IMG/VR virus record: IMGVR_UViG_3300033072_001201
Location: 14,663 to 78,662 of that record
Direction: 5' to 3' (one strand)
Length of the DNA stretch: 64,000 nucleotides
Source of the DNA: a virus
Taxonomy: Duplodnaviria > Caudoviricetes
Shown here: in pieces, positions 10,449 to 18,896 of the stretch
Layout of the letters: each line of letters starts with the position of its first letter
Numbering within the stretch: position 1 is the first letter of the stretch
The notes under the pieces: model-generated
Told to the model about the DNA's origin: nothing
Databases searched by the model: none
What the model saw: only the letters and a program-made list of their open reading frames with translations
Program-made: the position numbers and the translations under genes

Positions 10449-10712
10449 ATGAGACCATCTGATATTATCATCGGCCAGAAATATATACAAATCAATCATC
10501 CAGAATATGTTTATTTGGGGGTCGGAGAAAAACAAAGTTCTGGACTTATTTCCAATCGAAAACTTGTTATTATTTCCGAAGGAGAATATTATGGCCGAGT
10601 TGTCCGACCATATAAACATAACCCTAGTTTTTGGAACAATTTTGAACCAATCAAATCGTTCGCTCAAAAACAGCTCAGGGATTCGCGTGGACGTTTTGCG
10701 CCGAAATCTTGA
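10449..10712 (+). CDS. Hypothetical protein (paralog of 35464-35715)
   Basis: DI..GQKYI..YLG..NR.L.IIS shared; ends RDSRGRF. Confidence 0.7.
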   Translation: MRPSDIIIGQKYIQINHPEYVYLGVGEKQSSGLISNRKLVIISEGEYYGRVVRPYKHNPSFWNNFEPIKSFAQKQLRDSRGRFAPKS

Positions 10713-10737
10713 CTAATCGGGATTTTTCCGCTAACCT
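10709..10737 (+). promoter_or_regulatory. Sigma70-type early promoter; nearest clear promoter upstream of the RT locus
   Basis: TTGACT-17 nt-TAACCT. Confidence 0.65.
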
Positions 10738-10801
10738 AGTAGAAGATTAAGATCAATTGATTTTTTGCTAGGTTATTTTTTCAACAATCAACTCTTTAAT
10801 T

Positions 10802-11308
10802 ATGCAAATTTTATCCGAACCTCCAACCGCAAAACCAGAAATTAGTGAAAAATACAATTCGCCAACCAATAAACTTTATCTTTCAGAATATGGCACGGCG
10901 GGCAAGGTTTATGCGCTAGGAATTCAAGGCGATCAAAAATTTCAAACCGAAACATTTAATTTCCTTCAAAATTATGGTGTAATTGGAGAGACTGCGCAAT
11001 TTCATCCAATGTTTGATAATTTTGGATATTGTGTGGTTGAGAGGGAGTTACTATATCACGGATTAGTTTGTTTGGAACGAAATCTTTATTGGATTAATAA
11101 ACGGTGTTCTGTTCAAAAAAACAAAAACACTCTAGGAAAGAGAGATTTATTTAATTGGCAATCTATTCTTGATGGCGCTGGGCGATATTATTATAAACAT
11201 TTGGCAAATAAAGCATTTAGTTCGATTATTGAAGAGAATTTTATGCAATACCTAAAAGCAACTGATAATCATTATTTTCGGACGGGAAGTATTAAGGCGA
11301 AAAATTAA
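10802..11308 (+). CDS. Hypothetical protein
   Basis: 168-aa ORF. Confidence 0.7.
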   Translation: MQILSEPPTAKPEISEKYNSPTNKLYLSEYGTAGKVYALGIQGDQKFQTETFNFLQNYGVIGETAQFHPMFDNFGYCVVERELLYHGLVCLERNLYWINKRCSVQKNKNTLGKRDLFNWQSILDGAGRYYYKHLANKAFSSIIEENFMQYLKATDNHYFRTGSIKAKN

Positions 11309-11335
11309 AAAAACGATAAAAATATAGGACAAATT

Positions 11336-11983
11336 ATGCCAACAGGATATACATCAATTATTCAAGATTCAAAAGAATCTAATTACGATAAAATTTTTCA
11401 GCAATTCGCACTACAATGCGCTCGGGCCTTTGGGGCTTTAGTTTCGATGCGTGATGATAAATGGGACGCAGAAATTCCAGATGAATTTATAGCCAGCGAT
11501 TATTATAAAAATGGAATTGCACAACATAAAAAGGAATTAGCTATTGCGCGAAAACGCAAAATGTCAGAATGGGACAAATTAGCAGAAAAAGATTATTTGG
11601 AGAAGAAAGATCATTATGGCAAGAAAATTAACGAGTCTTTTGACCGTCGCGCAAAATACCAAACTGTTCTAGATAAAGTTTATGCCTTCGAACCTCCAAC
11701 GCCAGAACACGTTCATTACAAAGAATTTATGATCGAACAAATTAAAAGTTCCATCGATTTTGATTGCAGTTCTGAGTATTATACTAATGAGCTAAAGAAT
11801 CTTAAACGACTTTCAGCCAAGGAATTTAAAGATCAAACGATTGAAACAATTATCAATAGTTTGAAATACGATGAAGAAAATTACGCCAAAGAAATTGAAT
11901 CCGCCAAAAAGCGAACCGCTTGGGTCAAGGCATTGAAGAAAAGTCTTGGAATTAAACCCAACGGGGTAAAAGTTAAGAGTTAA
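11336..11983 (+). CDS. Phage hypothetical protein (MPTGYT...CARAFGA type)
   Basis: 215 aa, helical/coiled-coil; N-terminus recalled from phage hypotheticals, not searched. Confidence 0.8.
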   Translation: MPTGYTSIIQDSKESNYDKIFQQFALQCARAFGALVSMRDDKWDAEIPDEFIASDYYKNGIAQHKKELAIARKRKMSEWDKLAEKDYLEKKDHYGKKINESFDRRAKYQTVLDKVYAFEPPTPEHVHYKEFMIEQIKSSIDFDCSSEYYTNELKNLKRLSAKEFKDQTIETIINSLKYDEENYAKEIESAKKRTAWVKALKKSLGIKPNGVKVKS

Positions 11984-11989
11984 TTAGCC

Positions 11990-12720
11990 AACTACTTTGT
12001 TAAAAATTTTAGAATTAAAATTCCGAGGCGGAGATTTAAGTCTCATTTGCCGATGACGAATTAATTAGGGATTAAAATGTTTGGAAGTTCTGGACCTCGT
12101 TAAACAAAATTCCCCAAACACCTTTTGTTTAAACTCGGTCAAGAACTTCCGCTCATTTTCTTGTAAAACTTTTGACAATTTAGCTCCCCGAATTCGCAAA
12201 GCGAAAAATCTTGTTTTCCGTCAAATTTCTGATAAAGTCAGTATCTGTTGGAAAGATTGGTTTCGTCTTTTAGCCAAGGATATTAGTAGTAAAGAATTCT
12301 CTCGCGCCCCCGAGACAATTCAATTAATATCAGAAATTTGACAATTTTGTTTGCAAACTATCACTTTTAATTTTAAACTTTTAGTTTTTGAATCTTAATC
12401 TTTATGGAGAGCTAATTTTTGGCCTTTGTGCTGGCCGAAATCAAAGCTCATAGCCGAAGATTATAAAATTAGAAATGTCACTTTAAGCAACTCTGGGCAT
12501 TTTAGAAAATCTAAAGTTTAAATTTCTTTTCTACGATTATTATTTTAACTATTGAAAATTTTGAATCTTAATTATTAATTGGAACGATAAGGGAAATCAG
12601 TTTTAAATTTCTAGAGTTTAAAATCAAAATACTTAGAGTCGTATTGCCAAATAATTAAATAATCAGAAACGGACACAGCTACTATCTATCCCGTTTTTAG
12701 AAAATCTTCAATAGAACTTT
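11990..12720 (+). ncRNA. Putative RT-associated structured ncRNA (retron msr/msd-like, unusually long)
   Basis: About 740 nt without a credible ORF directly upstream of a retron-type RT; long hairpin 12083-12150, perfect 15-bp inverted repeat 12220-12234/12328-12342, further hairpins 12409-12449, 12473-12502, 12601-12623, 12665-12697. Confidence 0.6.
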
Positions 12721-12725
12721 TTTTT

Positions 12726-13973
12726 ATGATAAACTCCCTCCCGAATTTTGAAGTCAACCCATCCGATTTTCGCGTTGTTAAAATTCCCAAAAAGCGCAAG
12801 GGGGAATTCCGCGAGATTTGCGTGCCAAGTTTTGAGCTAAAACAATATTTGAGAGAGATTAATTTTGAGTTAAACAAGATTTCATTGGCTTTTGACAAAG
12901 AGGTTAATGGCTTTGTTCCCGGCAAAAATTGTGTCCTTAACGCCAAAGCCCACATTGGTTATAATTTTTCTCTCAATTTTGATCTTAAAGATTTTTTCGA
13001 CACAGTAACTCTAGCGCAAATTTCCGAACAATTTCAAACTCTTTGCGCGAAGGGGTTTATCAACGGAAGGGCTTATCAGGGTTTACCTACAAGTCCGGCA
13101 ATTGCAAATTTAGCATTTATTAAAACGGATAAACTAATCCTAAGTTGGATTGAAAATTATGTCAAAAATGTATTATTTTGCGGAGAATCTGAAAAAGTAG
13201 TATATACCCGTTACGCCGATGACTTGACGTTTAGTTTTAATCATTATGAAACTTATCACCAACTGCGGCAAAAAATCCCTTTAATTGTTGAGTCTCAGGG
13301 TTTTACAATTAATCCTCGCAAAACCCATTTACAGTCTGCAAAATTCGGGCGACGAATGATAACCGGCATCGGAGTTGATAGAAACGGAATATTTATTCCT
13401 CGCGAAATTAAACGGAAGATTAGAAGCGCAAAACACAAACAAAAATATCGGTCGTTGGCCGGATTGCAAGAATGGGCGAAATTAAAAATGCCGAATTCTA
13501 GTCCGTTGGTTAAAAATTCACTTGTTTTCAATAATTTGTCGGAAGTTAATAGAATTAATAATTTGATTGAGAAATCTAATGCGCCGACTCAGAATAATTT
13601 TGGTGTTATAACACAAGTTTTTGTTCCAAAACCAATTAACTACAATTTTATTGGTCCTATCAAAGAATGCAAAGATATTGACTTGAATAAAAAATTAAAT
13701 AGCCGTGCAAAACAAAAACGCCATATTCCAAAAAATTTGACGATCAGCCAAGTTAAACGAAATTTGAAAATTAGGTCAAAATTAGCATATAAAGAAATTT
13801 TAGGCAAACAACCTGTGCAATTTGGGCATGTTAAAAATATTGTTGACGAACAAATTAAGGAACTAAACGCTGAGATTTACCGGAAAAATTCTCCCGAAAA
13901 ATCCTTGACGCAACCAGAGTTTCCGGGTAAGGTAGTGGAAGATCAAAATTTGGCAGAAGAACTATTAAGTTAA
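12726..13973 (+). CDS. Retron-type reverse transcriptase with about 160-aa basic C-terminal extension
   Basis: IPKKRKGEFREI, NAKAH (region X NAxxH), DLKDFF, QGLPTSP, YTRYADDLTFS, GFTINPRKT, ITG (region Y VTG). Confidence 0.93.
   Translation: MINSLPNFEVNPSDFRVVKIPKKRKGEFREICVPSFELKQYLREINFELNKISLAFDKEVNGFVPGKNCVLNAKAHIGYNFSLNFDLKDFFDTVTLAQISEQFQTLCAKGFINGRAYQGLPTSPAIANLAFIKTDKLILSWIENYVKNVLFCGESEKVVYTRYADDLTFSFNHYETYHQLRQKIPLIVESQGFTINPRKTHLQSAKFGRRMITGIGVDRNGIFIPREIKRKIRSAKHKQKYRSLAGLQEWAKLKMPNSSPLVKNSLVFNNLSEVNRINNLIEKSNAPTQNNFGVITQVFVPKPINYNFIGPIKECKDIDLNKKLNSRAKQKRHIPKNLTISQVKRNLKIRSKLAYKEILGKQPVQFGHVKNIVDEQIKELNAEIYRKNSPEKSLTQPEFPGKVVEDQNLAEELLS
13905..13933 (+). promoter_or_regulatory. 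Sigma70-type early promoter embedded in the RT 3' end
   Basis: TTGACG-17 nt-TAAGGT with an A-tract upstream. Confidence 0.65.
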
Positions 13974-13992
13974 TTAACCCAAAAATAAAAAA

Positions 13993-14304
13993 ATGACTAA
14001 TACTTCAATTATTACTATCAATAATCTTACCGCGAAAAATCGCAAAGTGGTAGATAAAAATTGTGTTTCGACGGATTATTATTTCGGCGACAAGTTTTTA
14101 TTTAACGAAGTATCGTTTTCAACGAAAAATGGAAAATCCGTTGATTATCAATACTTTACAAATTTGCAACTAACTAGACTTGCGGCGAATGAGTTGGCGC
14201 AAAAAATCAATGCGCAAACGTTTAGCAATTACGACGGTCATTCTATTTATTTTAATGACTTTAATAAGGCACTAGAATTTATTAACTCTGAAGATTTTAA
14301 TTGA
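13993..14304 (+). CDS. Hypothetical protein
   Basis: 103 aa directly downstream of the RT. Confidence 0.7.
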   Translation: MTNTSIITINNLTAKNRKVVDKNCVSTDYYFGDKFLFNEVSFSTKNGKSVDYQYFTNLQLTRLAANELAQKINAQTFSNYDGHSIYFNDFNKALEFINSEDFN

Positions 14305-14349
14305 TATTTTATTAACTCACTCAAAAACAAACACTAAATCGTCAAAATT

Positions 14350-14703
14350 ATGAATCAAACTCGCAATCAAAATAATCCTATCGGCAATCAGAAACCCCAT
14401 GCCTTTCTACTTGATTATATTAAGCAAAAATATCGAGTAGTCATCGATATTAACTATGGCAATAGCTGCTGCCCGCTTTATCATCCTATTACAGATAAAC
14501 CTTATATGCAATATTGTGTTGTAACGGCATATAATAATATGGATGATTTAAATGCTGGTCGCGACGCTATTGTTAAAGCAACGAGCTATTGTTCCGAAAA
14601 AGATCAATACGACAAGCACCTCGGCCTAACAATTGCACTACGGCGACTTAATATTAAACTAAAAGACGCGGAGAAAACATCAGGATATTTGTTTAAACAT
14701 TAA
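14350..14703 (+). CDS. Hypothetical protein
   Basis: 117 aa; ATSYCSEKDQYDKHLGLTIALRR resembles a recurrent phage C..D.F.K..G..IAL.R motif. Confidence 0.75.
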   Translation: MNQTRNQNNPIGNQKPHAFLLDYIKQKYRVVIDINYGNSCCPLYHPITDKPYMQYCVVTAYNNMDDLNAGRDAIVKATSYCSEKDQYDKHLGLTIALRRLNIKLKDAEKTSGYLFKH

Positions 14704-14816
14704 TTTGACGGGAAATTGTATAACCAGAATTTTCGAGACAAAATCTTGACTATTCTGGTTTTTCTGTTAATTTTGACGGGAAACAAATAATTCTGAACAA
14801 AAAACTCCCTCCAAAT

Positions 14817-14990
14817 ATGAAATATCTTTTTCTAATCATTCGCCATATTTTTCCACGGCATAAATGGCAAACTTATCAAACAACCAATATGATTGAAAAC
14901 GGCCAAATTATTGGTTGGATGTTTGTCCAAAAAGACCAATTCGGCAATATTAAATATAAGAAAATTTATGCATCTTCTTTTTATGACTAA
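14817..14990 (+). CDS. Small hypothetical protein (57 aa, not in ORF track)
   Basis: ATG after promoter and CTCCCTCC leader; stop overlaps the next ATG. Confidence 0.6.
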   Translation: MKYLFLIIRHIFPRHKWQTYQTTNMIENGQIIGWMFVQKDQFGNIKYKKIYASSFYD

Positions 14991-15276
14991 CTCTGAAATT
15001 CGCCAGATTTTATCGACCAAAAAGTTTAAAAGTCTAACCTACCGCAAACTTAATGGATCTATCCACAATTATCATGCCGCCCAACTAGGAGTTCACCGGG
15101 AACTAATTAAAGGTGCCCCGCCACCTTCGGAATATAAAAGTTGGAAATTATATTGGGAGAAAACCAATACTATCAATCTTTGGTGCCGAAAAGAAGGAGA
15201 AGAGGCTGCGAAATTTCGTTCTCTTAAACTTGATGGCATTATTTCAGTTAGGGCGGAAGGGTCAATATTTGAATAA
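14983..15276 (+). CDS. Hypothetical protein, possible WYL/SH3-like fold
   Basis: FKSLTYRKLNGSIHNY...FRSLKLDGIISV pattern. Confidence 0.6.
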   Translation: MTNSEIRQILSTKKFKSLTYRKLNGSIHNYHAAQLGVHRELIKGAPPPSEYKSWKLYWEKTNTINLWCRKEGEEAAKFRSLKLDGIISVRAEGSIFE

Positions 15277-15365
15277 TTAAGGAAAAATTCTTGACCGAAA
15301 TCTCTTAATCCGTTAACTTGGGGAAAACTTAGGTTAGCGGATTAATTATTTGCAGAAAGGTTAAC

Positions 15366-15575
15366 ATGGCTATTAATTTTCAACCAAAATTTGGATTTAT
15401 TAGTTGGAGGGCGGGAAAGTTGTTTGTTCAATTTCTTTTTCCATATTTCGTAATTATTCGCAAAAATGGATTTAAAGTGCATTTTTGCACAGATAACAAA
15501 CTAGTAATCATTAAAAACAAAAGTTTAACAGTTAGTCTGCAACTTTTGGGTTTTGGATTTGCAATTGATTATTAA
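15366..15575 (+). CDS. Hypothetical protein
   Basis: 69 aa after a promoter. Confidence 0.5.
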   Translation: MAINFQPKFGFISWRAGKLFVQFLFPYFVIIRKNGFKVHFCTDNKLVIIKNKSLTVSLQLLGFGFAIDY

Positions 15576-15578
15576 AAA

Positions 15579-15728
15579 ATGAAAACAAAACCAACATATC
15601 AAGATTTTATCAATTATAAATTTGGTGTTCAAAAAATGGGATTTGACGCTAACCGTGCTTTTCAATTAGCTTGCGAGTGGCTAAAATCAATGGGGAGTTC
15701 TTATAAGGAGGTTGTTAAAAAATCATGA
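15579..15728 (+). CDS. Small hypothetical protein (49 aa, not in ORF track)
   Basis: ATG...TGA overlapping the next ATG (ATGA). Confidence 0.55.
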   Translation: MKTKPTYQDFINYKFGVQKMGFDANRAFQLACEWLKSMGSSYKEVVKKS

Positions 15729-15931
15729 CTTATTATAAAACTTTTAAGCGTTCTTATAAAATTGATCCAGAAAAACCATATATTACAAATAATTTTCTTC
15801 GCGGGCGAAAAATTACAGAAGAAACAGGTTTAACATATGAGCAAGCGCGACAACGTTGCGAAGATTTTAATAAAAACCGAAATAGTCGGCAAATTCGTAA
15901 AGGTACAATGTTAGAGTTTACCGCTGAATAA
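15725..15931 (+). CDS. Hypothetical protein
   Basis: 68 aa; GLTYEQARQRC motif. Confidence 0.7.
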   Translation: MTYYKTFKRSYKIDPEKPYITNNFLRGRKITEETGLTYEQARQRCEDFNKNRNSRQIRKGTMLEFTAE

Positions 15932-15992
15932 TATTTAAAGCATAAACTTTAAATAACAATAACTTTTAAATCATATACTTTAATATATTTTT

Positions 15993-16574
15993 ATGCAAAA
16001 TTTAATCGAAAACTCCACCGCGCAAGAAACTCCTGCCGAAAATTCAGATCGTCGCAATATCCTCGACAAATTTAGGGGTTGGGAGAATGATATGATTAAA
16101 AATTGCGTGCAAGCTAATACTATTAATGCCGCCGTCGCAATGTTCCACCTAAATGGGGATTTTAATATCTCAACACTACTCCGAAATACTAATTTTTTCG
16201 GTTTTAAAGAGTGTATTTATATTGGGAAGCGGCAATGGGATAGACGGGGAGCCGTTGGAACACAAAATTATAGTCGGCTTACCCATTTTCCAGACGAGGA
16301 GGCATTCTGGAATTATGCTAATGAGAATTATACTGTAATCGCTATTGAAAACAATATAGATTTTGAGATTGAAAATCTTTACTCTTTTAATTTTCCTTCT
16401 AATCCTTTGTTTTTGTTCGGCGAGGAGGGTTGTGGATTATCAAATGAAACTCTAAGTCGCGCCGCCAAGATTGTGCAAATCCCAAATTTTGGTTCCGTCA
16501 GAAGTCTTAATGTCGGAACGGCGTCGGGTATCATTATGTCGGAATATCGTAAATTTTTATATAAAAACTCATGA
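15993..16574 (+). CDS. SpoU/TrmH-family RNA 2'-O-methyltransferase
   Basis: NIS.LLR, LFLFGEEGCGLS, VQIP.FGSVRSLNVGTASGI SPOUT motifs. Confidence 0.9.
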   Translation: MQNLIENSTAQETPAENSDRRNILDKFRGWENDMIKNCVQANTINAAVAMFHLNGDFNISTLLRNTNFFGFKECIYIGKRQWDRRGAVGTQNYSRLTHFPDEEAFWNYANENYTVIAIENNIDFEIENLYSFNFPSNPLFLFGEEGCGLSNETLSRAAKIVQIPNFGSVRSLNVGTASGIIMSEYRKFLYKNS

Positions 16575-16762
16575 GCAAAGAACTTAGCATTTATTATAAT
16601 GGTCAAAATATTCCCATTCAACAATTTCTCGACAAACTATCTTATTATTTTTCTTTAAATAGTTTGGATGGAAAACCCGAGCGTCAAAAACTCCGTGCCG
16701 AAATTAAGGGAATGCTCGAAAAAGTGGTTGTTTTAGATATTGAGAAACCAGAGCCGTTTTGA
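16571..16762 (+). CDS. Hypothetical protein
   Basis: 63 aa, ATGA overlap. Confidence 0.6.
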   Translation: MSKELSIYYNGQNIPIQQFLDKLSYYFSLNSLDGKPERQKLRAEIKGMLEKVVVLDIEKPEPF

Positions 16763-16838
16763 CGAAACCCGATTTTCGCGTTGACTAATTGCGCGAATCG
16801 GGCTAAGATAGCGGAAACTTAGGAAACAAACTAAAATT

Positions 16839-17276
16839 ATGACAAAAATTCGTCCATTTGCCGAAATTTGCCCGCTTTCGAGGAAAACACTTAAACAATT
16901 AGGTTTTAAGTTCACAAGTCTTCATCTCGACAAAACAAAAGATGGTTGGCTTAGACTTTATTGTAGGTGGGAATCTAATGGTAAAAAAATGCAAAGTAGG
17001 GATAAATTTCCTATTTTAGCAGCAACTTCTTTTGAAAGTTATGCTTGTAGCATGAGTTTTTCTTTCCCAGTTGAATTTAAAAATAAAAAATTTGATTATA
17101 ATCTTAAAACAGAAATCCAACTTGGAATCGAATTAGAAGATCAAACTCAATTTATCGATTATACTCCTAAATTCCATGAAAATCTAAAATATGGAGTATT
17201 AGTTTGGTTTGCCCCAAAAAATTGGAATAATGGCGAGGGAGACGAAGAATTATTTAAATGGGATGAAAAATCATGA
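16839..17276 (+). CDS. Hypothetical protein
   Basis: 145 aa after a promoter. Confidence 0.65.
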   Translation: MTKIRPFAEICPLSRKTLKQLGFKFTSLHLDKTKDGWLRLYCRWESNGKKMQSRDKFPILAATSFESYACSMSFSFPVEFKNKKFDYNLKTEIQLGIELEDQTQFIDYTPKFHENLKYGVLVWFAPKNWNNGEGDEELFKWDEKS

Positions 17277-17494
17277 AAGAAGCCGATAAAATTTCAGAAA
17301 AACATACGTTTGTGCTAGTTACTGATTATGTTTCTGAACTTTCAGTTTCTATGGGATTATTTTTCCAAGATGAATTATTTAATGTTCCTTATCCGCAAGA
17401 TTTGAAGACGCTAAACCAATTAGAATCAGAAGATAAGGTTTTGTTAAAAACTATTTATAGCGGAACTGTAGAATTCTATAATCGAAAAATCTAA
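17273..17494 (+). CDS. Hypothetical protein
   Basis: 73 aa, ATGA overlap. Confidence 0.6.
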   Translation: MKEADKISEKHTFVLVTDYVSELSVSMGLFFQDELFNVPYPQDLKTLNQLESEDKVLLKTIYSGTVEFYNRKI

Positions 17495-17505
17495 AAACAA
17501 ATTAT

Positions 17506-18669
17506 ATGCAAAATTTTAATGTTGGTGATAAAGTTAAGGTTGTTAAACTTGATAATCGAGCTTGGACCGAACTTTTAAAATATCGTGGCAAAACTGGTGA
17601 AGTTATCAAACCCGACCCGACAGATTGCCAAATCGAATTCCAAGATGGTAAAAGATATTTTTTTAACTATCGTGAATTAGAAAAAGTAGAAGAAGATTTT
17701 AAAATCGGGGAGGAAGTTTATGCCAATGTTCCATCACTTGGTTTTGTAAACGAAAAAGTTACAATTTTTACAATTAATCAATTTGATATTGCAGTTAAAT
17801 CAAAAGAAGGATTAATTTATTGTTTTGATCCAAAACTTCTTTCTAAACAACCAATTGACACAGAAAACTCAAACGCCAAAATGAAAACACTAGAACAAAT
17901 TGATAGTGAAATTAAAGATTTGGAAGCCAAGATTCGGGATCTTAAACAAGAAAAAGAAAATTCGACTTTTGAGGTCGGGGATTGGTTTATTGCCCTTAAT
18001 GTTAAAGATTCCTTTGATTATCTAAATGGCAACATTTATGAAGTTGTTAATATTACTAACGAATATGATACCAAATTCCTTGTCTCTCGTTTAGTTGAAA
18101 GAGGTTTAAATACTAAAAATAACGGTCTTGATATTAAAAATGCCCGAAAAGCAACTCCCGCCGAAATTAAGGCGCATTTAATCAAATTGGCCGAGGAATC
18201 GGGATTAAAAGCCGGCGAGAGGACGGAAAGAAAAGGATTTGAGTATAAAGTTAAATCCATGAGTATTTATACTAAAAATAGCAAAACTTCCGTTTCTTGC
18301 ATAGATTTTCTTAAAAAGAATAATATGAAATATGGGTTGCAGTGGGATTCTAATTCAGGTTGTTTAGAAGTATCCTATCCATTTGATTATATTACTTATC
18401 TGCAAAATAAATTCCAACCCAAAATCACAATCAACGGTTATAATGCAGAATTTTGCGAAGGGTTTGTAAAATTTGGTTGTGCATCTTTTTCTAATCAAAT
18501 GTTTCGCGAAACCAAAAACTATATTGATTATGTAAGTAAAATTTGCGAATCTAATAAAACCGATCCTAAAAATTATTTTACCAACCGAAAAGTCGAAAAC
18601 ATCAAACTCGGCGCGGGGATTTTTACTCCGACCGATATTGAAAATATTGTAAAGCGGCTAAAGGATTAA
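17506..18669 (+). CDS. Multidomain hypothetical protein with KOW/SH3-like repeats (F.VGD/E.V)
   Basis: Three FxVG(D/E) starts; coiled coil after an internal ATG at 17881. Confidence 0.7.
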   Translation: MQNFNVGDKVKVVKLDNRAWTELLKYRGKTGEVIKPDPTDCQIEFQDGKRYFFNYRELEKVEEDFKIGEEVYANVPSLGFVNEKVTIFTINQFDIAVKSKEGLIYCFDPKLLSKQPIDTENSNAKMKTLEQIDSEIKDLEAKIRDLKQEKENSTFEVGDWFIALNVKDSFDYLNGNIYEVVNITNEYDTKFLVSRLVERGLNTKNNGLDIKNARKATPAEIKAHLIKLAEESGLKAGERTERKGFEYKVKSMSIYTKNSKTSVSCIDFLKKNNMKYGLQWDSNSGCLEVSYPFDYITYLQNKFQPKITINGYNAEFCEGFVKFGCASFSNQMFRETKNYIDYVSKICESNKTDPKNYFTNRKVENIKLGAGIFTPTDIENIVKRLKD

Positions 18670-18670
18670 T

Positions 18671-18880
18671 ATGCAAAAAATTGATTTAGAAAAAATCTAT
18701 AACGATCCGGAGTTTTTAGCTCTAGAATCAAAGCATATACAATTGATTTCAGAAGCCAATAAAATAATTGGCGAAATTAATGAAAAATTTGGAGTGCCGA
18801 TTGATTTTTTTGCTTGCCCAAATCTGAATGGATACGGAAAAATCGTATTGTTTAATAAGGAATATTCGGAAGATTTTTAA
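18671..18880 (+). CDS. Hypothetical protein
   Basis: 69 aa abutting the previous stop. Confidence 0.6.
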   Translation: MQKIDLEKIYNDPEFLALESKHIQLISEANKIIGEINEKFGVPIDFFACPNLNGYGKIVLFNKEYSEDF

Positions 18881-18896
18881 TATATATAAAAAAATT

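Noticed and set aside
12081-12341. 86-aa plus-strand ORF in the RT leader
   Set aside because: TTG start with no leader signal, unnatural composition, and it coincides with long hairpins; better explained as ncRNA.
12726-13973. RT as DGR or group II intron RT
   Set aside because: Has retron NAxxH and (V/I)TG motifs; no TR/VR repeat pair or Avd gene seen; no maturase/En domain or intron domain V.
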